This document shows positions 7,761 through 15,934 of a DNA stretch of 64,000 nucleotides, one piece after another (positions within the stretch are counted from its first letter, which is position 1; each line of letters opens with the position of its first letter). The notes beneath the pieces were generated by a model, which searched no databases, was not told the origin of the DNA, and saw only the letters and a program-made list of their open reading frames with translations. The stretch covers positions 2,535,475 to 2,599,474 of the forward strand of contig OZ242350.1 of assembly GCA_965208645.1 (NCBI GenBank). Direction: 5' to 3'. This stretch comes from Dehalococcoidia bacterium. Lineage in GTDB: Bacteria > Chloroflexota > Dehalococcoidia > Lucifugimonadales > Lucifugimonadaceae. The translations under genes were made by a program, and so were the position numbers.

Positions 7761-8852
7761 TTAAGGAGTCGGGGTCGGTGTTGCGGTCGGAGTGGGAGAT
7801 GGCGTAGGTGTCGGTGTACACATGGGTATCGGCGACATCGTGGCGGTCGGTTCGGGTGCCGTAGATGCTGTTGGAGAACCAGTCGGTACAGGTGCCACAG
7901 TCGGCGGTATGGCACACGGCAACGGAGTAGGGGTCTCCATACCATCGAGAGTTTCGGTAGATTCTGCTTGTTGTGCTTTCATCGCAGTAGCGGCAGCGGG
8001 CGTAGGCATAGCGGTAGGCTCTGGCACAGATTCACGTTCAACCACGACGGTGACTTCTCGCACAACCTCTTTTTCAACCTCCACGATCCTCTCGACTTCC
8101 ACCTCTTTTTCAACGAGAACGGTTCGGACGGCGATCTCGCCGACAACCTGTACTTCCTTCTCAATAACTACGGTGATTGGCACCTCCTTCTCAACGACTA
8201 CGGTGACTGGCACCTCCTTCTCAACGACTACTTTTTGCTCGACAACTTTCTCGACTTCGACGATCTTTTCCACCTCGACGGTCTGCACAACCGTTTCACC
8301 TGCCACTTGTACTTCCCTTTCAACGACCACAGTGACGATCACATCTTTTTCGACTTCGAAGACCTCGGCACCTCCAAACGCAGCGGGGGCAGCCGACGCG
8401 CTCGACAGCTGAGATTCTTCGGATTCAACGTCAAACTGATCAATCGTGTCAGTCGCGTATTCTGTTATGTCTCCAATCGTGAGAGCCGCGACCCCAATAA
8501 CCGCGACGGCGACAACCACTAATGATCCAGCAACTAAGGCACCACGTAAGCCAATGCCGCGGCGTTCAGCACCCGGATTGAGTATCTTTTCCACCTCGTC
8601 GTTTGAATATCCCTGATCAGCCAAAGTCTCTGGCGTGAGCGCGAACGATCGTGGTGCTTCGATGGTGTCCAGCGATCGTAGCAACCGGGATGTCTCGCGC
8701 ACGGTTCGCAGTTCGTCGACATCCACACCCGCTGCGCGCAGACGTTGTTCTACGCCTTCGAGTTGTGTGTTACTCGCCGAATCGAGGTACGCGGTGATCA
8801 GAGCATCCACGGGGTCCGGACTTCGAATCATTCTTCGCAACCTATCGATCAC
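7761..8852 (-). CDS. single-pass membrane protein, putative anti-sigma factor, with VVEKEV-type repeat stalk and Pro/Thr-rich tail
   Basis: It lies directly downstream of the ECF sigma gene. There is one transmembrane segment (LVAGSLVVVAVAVIGVAALTI), then degenerate repeats (VVEKEVPVTVVVEKEVPITVVIEKEVQVVGE...) and a PTPTPSPTPTATPTPTP tail. Confidence 0.6.
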   Translation of the reverse strand: MIDRLRRMIRSPDPVDALITAYLDSASNTQLEGVEQRLRAAGVDVDELRTVRETSRLLRSLDTIEAPRSFALTPETLADQGYSNDEVEKILNPGAERRGIGLRGALVAGSLVVVAVAVIGVAALTIGDITEYATDTIDQFDVESEESQLSSASAAPAAFGGAEVFEVEKDVIVTVVVEREVQVAGETVVQTVEVEKIVEVEKVVEQKVVVEKEVPVTVVVEKEVPITVVIEKEVQVVGEIAVRTVLVEKEVEVERIVEVEKEVVREVTVVVERESVPEPTAMPTPAAATAMKAQQAESTETLDGMETPTPLPCAIPPTVAPVPTGSPTASTAPEPTATMSPIPMCTPTPTPSPTPTATPTPTP

Positions 8853-8958
8853 CGCAAGTCACTCCTAATCGACTCGTAGCTCGATAGGCTATTTTTTCGC
8901 GGGTCCCTCATATTGAAATGACGTTGCGTGAGCCTATTTTGTTCCTTTTTCAACATCG

Positions 8959-9549
8959 TCATGAACTCCGGGCCACCAATCCATCTGACAACAACCCCGG
9001 AATACTCTGCAAGCAGTCTCGAACGCGTCGTCGAGCGCGGTTCAATCTCGACTTCACGGTGCCGACGTTTACGCCGCAGACAGCCGATGCGTCGTCATAG
9101 CTCTCGCCCTGAACGTCGATCAACACGATGACCTCACGGTGTTCGTGGCTCAGATCGCCGACGCAGTGCTCCAACGCGTCGCGTAACTCGACGTTGACGG
9201 CGACAGCGTGTGGCGAAGGATTGTTGTCGGCAAGCGTGGTGAGGAACGGTGCGTCCTCTTCATCGACCGAGGCCTCGCGTCGTCGTTTCTGGCGTCGGAA
9301 ATGGTCGTACGCCTTATTTCGCGCAATCCGTAATAGCCAAGCTCGCAAATTACTACCTTGCAACTTCGAGATGCTACGGAACGCGGAGATGAAAGTCTCC
9401 TGCGTGACATCGTCGGCGATCGCATGCTGGCGCGTCAGGCTCATGGCGAGTCCGTACACGGCGTTTTGATGCAGCGCGACCAGACGATTGAAGGCGTCGA
9501 CATCGCCATTCTTCGCCATCGCCAACACCAAATGTTCAGGAGTCTGCAT
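8959..9549 (-). CDS. ECF-type RNA polymerase sigma-70 factor
   Basis: Region 2 is DVTQETFISAFRSI...LRAWLLRIARNKAYDHFR. Region 4 is EVIVLIDVQGESYDDASAVCGVNVGTVKSRLNRARRRV. Confidence 0.9.
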   Translation of the reverse strand: MQTPEHLVLAMAKNGDVDAFNRLVALHQNAVYGLAMSLTRQHAIADDVTQETFISAFRSISKLQGSNLRAWLLRIARNKAYDHFRRQKRRREASVDEEDAPFLTTLADNNPSPHAVAVNVELRDALEHCVGDLSHEHREVIVLIDVQGESYDDASAVCGVNVGTVKSRLNRARRRVRDCLQSIPGLLSDGLVARSS

Positions 9550-9602
9550 CTAAATCTCGTCGGATTAGCGTATCTGAGGGTGGCAATAGAATTGCTTAGG
9601 AT

Positions 9603-10160
9603 ATGACGCACCACATCTGGTCACAGCTACGCGACGTCGCAGAGATGTTCATCATAACCGCGCTCGTGATCGTATTCATCCGCACCGTCGCCATTACCTA
9701 CACTGTAAACGGCCCGAGCATGGAGCCGACGTTCATGGAAAATCATCGCGTCTTGGTCAACCGATTCGGCGCGATCGGTTTCTGGGGTGTGTCGCTCTAC
9801 GGTCAACCGAACTTCGTATTCGCGGGTCCCGAACGCGGCGACATCATCGTTTTCGAACCGCAGCAGCCCGGAACCGAGAAAATCGTCAAACGCGTCATCG
9901 GCCTTCCCGGCGACAAAGTCGACATCCACAACGGGACCGTAATCGTCAATGACATCATGACTAGCTACACCGATTCCCACACCGCACCTAAGAACCATCT
10001 CGATTTTCCCATAATCGTGCCGCCCCACGAGTATTTCGTCCTGGGCGATAACCGCGACCAGTCCAACGACTCACGAAACTGGGGCTACGTCCCAACGGAA
10101 GACATCGTAGGTAAAGTCTGGCTGCTCTACTGGCCGTGGCGCAAAACCTCAACCTATTGA
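9603..10160 (+). CDS. lepB: signal peptidase I
   Basis: Catalytic Ser box NGPSMEPT, plus KRVIGLPGD and GDNRDQSNDSRNWGYV boxes. Confidence 0.9.
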   Translation: MTHHIWSQLRDVAEMFIITALVIVFIRTVAITYTVNGPSMEPTFMENHRVLVNRFGAIGFWGVSLYGQPNFVFAGPERGDIIVFEPQQPGTEKIVKRVIGLPGDKVDIHNGTVIVNDIMTSYTDSHTAPKNHLDFPIIVPPHEYFVLGDNRDQSNDSRNWGYVPTEDIVGKVWLLYWPWRKTSTY

Positions 10161-10544
10161 CACCGTCAAAAAGTGCGTCATTCCGATAGCCAGATTCATC
10201 TTCAACATAACGCTGCTGCTCCCAAGCACAGGAATCACCCTTTGACGTGTTCGCGAACCAAAGGCGGCGCGGCGAGCGAAGCGACGGCATAGGCGCGCTA
10301 CCGATTGGCGCTGTTGCAGTTACCCGTTAATCCCCGTCCGTGGTCCATCCTTGGCGGAAGTTCTACGCTGGATTCCCAATGCGCCGCAAACTGGTGCCGC
10401 CGGTCATTCATTAACACGTTGCTCTGCTTTGACGATGGTTTTCTTCCCTGGCTACCTTTCGGATTTCGGTGCTTGTCTCGAATTTATTTCTGATTCTTTC
10501 GGTAGAGAGGGAGATCGTTAAAACCACGCCCTAGCCATGTCAAT

Positions 10545-10805
10545 TCATCGCGATCGAAACGACGTAACGCGGTTCCACCATTTGTTGTCGCGCCCGTTCT
10601 CCATAAGTCTCTTTTCCACCTCCGGCGAAAGCTCAATTCCTTGTTCGCGGAGGTCCACCTTAATGCGTTCCATGGCTCGTTGCTCTCCAATTTTCTCACC
10701 ACGTTTTTCGCCTTTTGCGAATGCCTTTGCGATGGCTTTTTGCCTAGCCTGTTTACGGATCTCGGTTCGTGTTTCGAACAATTGCCTGACTCCTTCGATA
10801 ATCAT
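10545..10805 (-). CDS. hypothetical Lys/Glu-rich coiled-coil protein
   Basis: Track ORF only. It overlaps ORF 10753..10989 in another frame, so a frameshifted single gene is possible. Confidence 0.3.
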   Translation of the reverse strand: MIIEGVRQLFETRTEIRKQARQKAIAKAFAKGEKRGEKIGEQRAMERIKVDLREQGIELSPEVEKRLMENGRDNKWWNRVTSFRSR

Positions 10806-10989
10806 GGCGATCGCGACGACGAACGCCCAGTTGAGTTACGGCGAGCCGGTAAACTCCGATGCTCCAGTGGTCTGCTTCAGAGTATACCCACCACAGAAAC
10901 AGCGAGACCGCACCGATTAGTGCGAACCCGCTGCCATGCCATGCCACGCCGCGTTCTTCTAAATTCGCAGTCAGTTCGTCTATCGTCAA
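10753..10989 (-). CDS. hypothetical small membrane protein (N-terminal part plausible)
   Basis: A hydrophobic segment GSGFALIGAVSLFLWWVY is present. The C-terminal part overlaps the 10545..10805 ORF. Confidence 0.25.
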   Translation of the reverse strand: MTIDELTANLEERGVAWHGSGFALIGAVSLFLWWVYSEADHWSIGVYRLAVTQLGVRRRDRHDYRRSQAIVRNTNRDP

Positions 10990-11088
10990 TGTTCGTTAGT
11001 CTTCCTTGTACCGGCGCAGCCGATGCCATTTTCATGGACAGCTTGTAGTTGAATCCAGCGCGAATTGTGTTCCTGCAATTCGTTCGTT

Positions 11089-12654
11089 TCAAGCCGAAGT
11101 TTTGTGTCGGTACATCAACGCCTCTGCCAAATGGTGGTTCTCGATCAACGCCGTCTGCTCAAGATCCGCTATCGTCCGTGCAACCTTCAACACTCGGTGG
11201 CACGATCGCGCCGACATCCTCAGGTGTTTCATCGCGCTCTGCAACAACGATTTCGCGTCGTCGGACATCTTGCACGAATCCCAAACCTCAACCGGACCCA
11301 TCAGAGCATTCGACATCACGGTTGATCCCTGGAATCGTTCGTGTTGTAATTGAACCGCGACCATGATGCGCTCCCGCGCCGATGCGGACCCTTCTTCGAC
11401 CGGCGGCGTGATCAACTTCTCGTATTCGACCCGCGGAACGTCAACAAACATGTCAATGCGATCGATCAACGGTCCCGAGATTCGTCGCTGATATCGCGCT
11501 ACTGCAGGTTCGCCGCAAGTGCACGGCTGCTGCGAATCGCCGTGATAACCACACGGACAGGGATTCATTGCGCCCACCAGCATAAAACTCGCCGGGAACG
11601 TTGAACTTGTCCGAGCCCTGCTGATCGTTACCGTCCGGTCCTCGAGTGGTTGACGTAACGTCTCCAAAGTCGCATTCCCAAACTCCGGCAACTCATCGAG
11701 GAACAACACCCCACGGTGGCTGAGCGTCACCTCGCCCGGTCGTGGTATGCTCCCGCCGCCGATGAGTCCCGCATTGGAAATCGTGTAGTGCGGGGCTCGG
11801 AACGGCCGATGTGTGATCAATGGACTTCCCGAAGGCAGTAATCCGGTAACCGAATAGATCGTCGTGACCTCCAATGCCTCCTCGGCCGTCATCGGCGGCA
11901 AGATCGATGGCAGACACCGTGCCAACAGAGTCTTTCCGCACCCCGGTGCTCCCATCAAAACGATGTTGTGATTCCCAGCCGCCGCGATCTCCAACGCCCG
12001 TTTCGCTTGTTCCTGTCCGCGCACGTCGCGGAAATCGTATCCTGTCCTAACAGCAGGTATCCCGTCGAGATCAGGGATGCCACCACCTTGCACCGACGGT
12101 AGGTCTGCTTCGTCACGAAGATACTCTACGACTTGGCGCAAAGTTTCCACCGGTCGTATATCGATTCCAGGGACTAGAGACGCCTCCTTCGAGTTGACGC
12201 GCGGCACGAACGCGGTGTCGTACCCCCGCTCCTTGCCTTCGCGCAACATCGGCAACATCCCATGCGTCGTCCGCAACTTGCCGTCGAGCGCGAGTTCGCC
12301 CAAAAACAACGACTTGCTTACCGCATCCGGTATCTGTCCACTGCATACCAAGATTCCGATGGCGATCGGCAGATCGTAAGAAGGTCCCGTCTTCTTGATG
12401 TCCGCCGGTGCCAGTGAAACAGTGATTCGCCGCAACGGGAACTCCGCACCCGAATTTCTGATCGCCGCGCGCACTCGCTCTCGCGACTCCTGAACCGACG
12501 AATCGGGTAATCCGACGATGTTGAACCGGGGTACGCCCGGCGATATATCCACCTCAACCTCGACTAGCTGACCATCTACTCCATGAACTGCGCATGTGTT
12601 CGTCTTTGCCAACAATTTTTCGTCCTTTTCTTTTATAGTTATGCCCAAGGTCAC
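11089..12654 (-). CDS. comM: YifB/ComM family Mg-chelatase-like ATPase
   Basis: Lon-like N-terminal domain (VEVDISPGVPRFNIVGLPDSSVQESRERV), Walker A GAPGCGKT and LFLDELPEF; about 510 aa. These are the typical family hallmarks. Confidence 0.85.
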   Translation of the reverse strand: MTLGITIKEKDEKLLAKTNTCAVHGVDGQLVEVEVDISPGVPRFNIVGLPDSSVQESRERVRAAIRNSGAEFPLRRITVSLAPADIKKTGPSYDLPIAIGILVCSGQIPDAVSKSLFLGELALDGKLRTTHGMLPMLREGKERGYDTAFVPRVNSKEASLVPGIDIRPVETLRQVVEYLRDEADLPSVQGGGIPDLDGIPAVRTGYDFRDVRGQEQAKRALEIAAAGNHNIVLMGAPGCGKTLLARCLPSILPPMTAEEALEVTTIYSVTGLLPSGSPLITHRPFRAPHYTISNAGLIGGGSIPRPGEVTLSHRGVLFLDELPEFGNATLETLRQPLEDRTVTISRARTSSTFPASFMLVGAMNPCPCGYHGDSQQPCTCGEPAVARYQRRISGPLIDRIDMFVDVPRVEYEKLITPPVEEGSASARERIMVAVQLQHERFQGSTVMSNALMGPVEVWDSCKMSDDAKSLLQSAMKHLRMSARSCHRVLKVARTIADLEQTALIENHHLAEALMYRHKTSA

Positions 12655-12787
12655 AACTCACATTTATGAAATGATACATCTATGCTATTCATTGCAAGAT
12701 GTCGATGGCGAAATTTTTTGGAATTTTCACACATAATTTTCGCTAAGTTACTCCCAAACCGAAAATCCCCGCGCCCGATCCGCAAAA

Positions 12788-13705
12788 ATGAGCATCCGCT
12801 ACCAATCCGACGGTCACATCGCGGTCATCACACTTGACAACGCTCGTCGAGCCAACGCAATTGATAAGGCCCATGCGCTCGAGCTCGCTGACGCTTGGCG
12901 CAACGCTTGGGAGGATCGCGCGGTCAGAGCTATCGTCGTAACCGGGGAGGGTGACCGTCATTTCTGTGGCGGTCACGACCTGTCCCTGCGCGATGACGTC
13001 TCCGACGAAGAACACCACTTCCTGTCGTTGGAGCGCATCTTCCGACAACCCGCCGGTTACATCAACGGAATGCAATCTGGCATCGACGGTGGTATGGCCG
13101 ACCATTTCCCACGCATACACAAACCCGTCATCGCCGCCGTTAACGGCTGGGCTGTCGGCGCCGGACTCTACCTCCTACTTGCCTCCACCGATATCCGCAT
13201 CGCCGCCATCGGGCAAGCCAACTTCCGCTTCGGCCTGATTTCCCGTGGCTGGGTCGGCGCGGGTCCCGGAGCAACGCTCCTTCTCAAGCAACTTCGATAC
13301 GTCGATGCGATGAATATGCTCCTCGCCGACACAACGGTCAACGCCGAAGAAGCCGTCCGAATCGGTCTCGTCAATGAAGCGGTTCCGCCCGACCAACTCA
13401 TGGCTCGCGCCTTCGAGATCGCCCATCGCATCGCCGAAATGCCACCACTCGCCACCATCAAAATGAAGGAGTTCGTCCACCGATTCGCAGACCTACCGGT
13501 CGAACAGGCCTGGAACATCCAATCGTTGATCAACTCCCTCCTCCTTCACACAACGCAAGACGCCCAAGAAGGTCGAGATTCGTTCCTCGAACGCCGCGAC
13601 CCTACCTACACTGGCGAGTATTCCGGCCTAGAAGGCTTTTACGAGAACACATCCGACGAAGAACGCGCCCGTCTAGATGAACTCAAACGACAGATAGACT
13701 GGTAG
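12788..13705 (+). CDS. enoyl-CoA hydratase/isomerase (crotonase) family protein
   Basis: ITLDNARRANAI...VVTGEGDRHFCGGHDL...KPVIAAVNGWAVGAG is the crotonase fold signature. Confidence 0.8.
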   Translation: MSIRYQSDGHIAVITLDNARRANAIDKAHALELADAWRNAWEDRAVRAIVVTGEGDRHFCGGHDLSLRDDVSDEEHHFLSLERIFRQPAGYINGMQSGIDGGMADHFPRIHKPVIAAVNGWAVGAGLYLLLASTDIRIAAIGQANFRFGLISRGWVGAGPGATLLLKQLRYVDAMNMLLADTTVNAEEAVRIGLVNEAVPPDQLMARAFEIAHRIAEMPPLATIKMKEFVHRFADLPVEQAWNIQSLINSLLLHTTQDAQEGRDSFLERRDPTYTGEYSGLEGFYENTSDEERARLDELKRQIDW

Positions 13706-13738
13706 CCATAGAGGCACACCGAAGAGTCATCGTTAACT

Positions 13739-13909
13739 ATGGACCGTTGGAATTACGCACGCGACGAACATCCGCCCTACTGCACCTGCGTCAAGTGCGT
13801 CGAGGATCGGAAAGACGGCAAGAGCCCGCGTGCGCGAAGATCGGCGCATTCAGGCAACCCGATTGAACGCTTACTCTCTAGGTTGAAGCGTTTTTTCGGC
13901 GGGCACTGA
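13739..13909 (+). CDS. hypothetical 56-aa protein with a CxCxxC element
   Basis: My own reading: MDRWNYARDEHPPYCTCVKCVEDRKDGKSPRARR... It is below the track size cut-off and there is no further support. Confidence 0.2.
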   Translation: MDRWNYARDEHPPYCTCVKCVEDRKDGKSPRARRSAHSGNPIERLLSRLKRFFGGH

Positions 13910-14170
13910 ACACCCTCGCTCGGTTCATTCGCGGCCCAACATCCACCACCAAATCCATCCGAACAGCGCGCCTAAAACCACGCACACTGGCAACGACGCG
14001 ATCACGATCACTTCAGTTCCCGCCGCGTCGAACTGAAACCACAATGCCAGACTGAAGCCGATCGCCACGCAGGCTCCAACTACGGCCCCCAACAATATGT
14101 AACGTTTGACGCTCACTTCGTCAATGTTAATCCAAGGCTTGCCCTGTACAATTTCGCTGCGCAAAGGTAG

Positions 14171-15925
14171 GTGACACTGATGACCAACTCCAACGGCAAA
14201 GTTCTTCGCAGCGAGGCATGGTTCGGCCCCCGCGATCTCGAGGGTTTCCTTCACAGATCCGGTCTTAAGAACCAAGGTTGGGACGAAGATTCCTTCGTTG
14301 GGAAACCCGTCATCGGCATCGCCAACTCGTGGAGCGAAGCCACACATTGCAACTCCCACCTCCGCGTCATTGCTGAACACGTAAAACGCGGTGTCATTGC
14401 CGCCGGAGGCTTCCCCCTCGAATTCCCGACCATCTCCCTCGGGGAGTTCTTTCTCACTCCCACGTCCATGCTCTACCGCAACCTCATGGCCATGGATGTC
14501 GAGGAAATGATCCGCGGTCTGCCCATCGACGGCGTCGTCCTGCTGTCGAACTGCGACAAAACCACTCCAGCAATGCTCATGGGTGCCGCCTCTGCAGATC
14601 TCCCAGCAATCATCGTCACTGGAGGGCCGCAACTCAAAGGCAACTGGCGAGGCGAAGAGCTCGGTTCATGCACCGATTGTCGCCGGTACTGGTCAGAACT
14701 GCGCGCTGGCACCATAACCCAAGCCGAATACGACTCGATGGAAGAAGCCATCTATCGCTCGCCCGGCCACTGCATGGTCATGGGCACCGCCAGCACGATG
14801 TCGGTCATATGCGAAGCCCTCGGCATGACGCCACCCGGCGGTGCGGCCATCCCCGGCGCCGATTCCCGGCGCCGGGTATTCGCAGAACGCGCCGGTACCG
14901 TCGCCGTAGATCTCGTTCGGCGAAAAACTCGACCGTCCGAACTCTTGACCGAAGGAGCCTTCGAAAACGCCGCCCTCGCCTTGCTCGCCTTGGGCGGATC
15001 CACAAACGCCATAATTCATCTCACCGCCATCGCTGGTCGGGCAGGCATCGAACTACCCCTCGCCAAGTGGGAAGAACTCTCAGAAAGAGTCCCGGTAATT
15101 GCCAACCTCAAACCCTCCGGCAAATACCTGATGGAAGACTTCTTCTACGCTGGCGGAGCTCCTGCATTCTTCAAGAAAATACTGCACTTGTTGAACCAAG
15201 ACTGCGTAAACGTAAACGGCAAGACCCTCGCCCAAAACGTTGCCGATGCCGAATGTCATGACGACAACGTAATCCTCGATCCCGGCCACGCCTTGTACCC
15301 GGATGGCGGGATTTCAATCCTCAAAGGCACGCTTGCACCCGACGGCGCGGTGATCAAACGCTCCGCAGCATCTTCTGACCTATTGCAACACACCGGCCGA
15401 GCCGTCGTGTTCTCCAGTCCGGCAGACCTCCATCGACGCATCGACGACCCGGATCTCGATGTAACTGAAAACGACATCCTCGTGATGCAAGGCGCTGGTC
15501 CCATCGGCGGCCCGGGCATGCCCGAAGCTGGTTTCATGCCGTTGCCACGCAAAATCCTCGAACAGGGGATTCGCGACATGGTCCGCATCTCCGACGCCCG
15601 CATGAGCGGCACTGCATTCGGAACCGTCGTCCTCCACGTGGCACCCGAGTCCGCCATCGGAGGTCCGCTAGCCCTCGTCCGAAATGGCGACATGATTTCC
15701 CTTGACGCCGATGGTGGTCGCCTCGACCTCTTAGTCGACAACGCCGTATTAAGAAGGCGGCAAGCTGACTTCGAAACGTCCGAAGCAGTCACCCAAATGC
15801 AACCCGAACGCGGTTACATGCACGTATACAACCGCCACGTCATGCAAGCCCAACACGGCTGCGATTTTGATTTCGCCGTTGGCAGCACACCCGTTGCGAC
15901 GCATGTTGAGATGGAGGGACACTGA
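14171..15925 (+). CDS. IlvD/Edd family dehydratase (probably a sugar-acid dehydratase)
   Basis: LRSEAWFGPRDLEGFLHRSGLKNQG...IGIANSWSEATHCNSHL...SNCDKTTPAML. This N-terminus and the 584-aa length resemble the arabonate/xylonate dehydratase branch. The neighbouring genes are sugar-acid genes. Confidence 0.8.
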   Translation: MTLMTNSNGKVLRSEAWFGPRDLEGFLHRSGLKNQGWDEDSFVGKPVIGIANSWSEATHCNSHLRVIAEHVKRGVIAAGGFPLEFPTISLGEFFLTPTSMLYRNLMAMDVEEMIRGLPIDGVVLLSNCDKTTPAMLMGAASADLPAIIVTGGPQLKGNWRGEELGSCTDCRRYWSELRAGTITQAEYDSMEEAIYRSPGHCMVMGTASTMSVICEALGMTPPGGAAIPGADSRRRVFAERAGTVAVDLVRRKTRPSELLTEGAFENAALALLALGGSTNAIIHLTAIAGRAGIELPLAKWEELSERVPVIANLKPSGKYLMEDFFYAGGAPAFFKKILHLLNQDCVNVNGKTLAQNVADAECHDDNVILDPGHALYPDGGISILKGTLAPDGAVIKRSAASSDLLQHTGRAVVFSSPADLHRRIDDPDLDVTENDILVMQGAGPIGGPGMPEAGFMPLPRKILEQGIRDMVRISDARMSGTAFGTVVLHVAPESAIGGPLALVRNGDMISLDADGGRLDLLVDNAVLRRRQADFETSEAVTQMQPERGYMHVYNRHVMQAQHGCDFDFAVGSTPVATHVEMEGH

Positions 15926-15934
15926 ATGTAGGGA

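Noticed and set aside
10161-10544. 384-nt gene-free stretch after lepB, considered as a possible ncRNA (SRP, 6S or RNase P)
   Set aside because: I found no conserved core motif of those RNAs (for example GGAAGCAGC or GAAAGTCCGG) by eye. I cannot support a call without covariance-model searches.
13925-14632. 235-aa minus-strand ORF overlapping the start of the IlvD/Edd gene
   Set aside because: Most of it is antisense to a strongly supported gene. Only the last ~63 codons (13925 to about 14116, a hydrophobic 2-TM peptide from a GTG) could be real, and that is too weakly supported to list as a feature.
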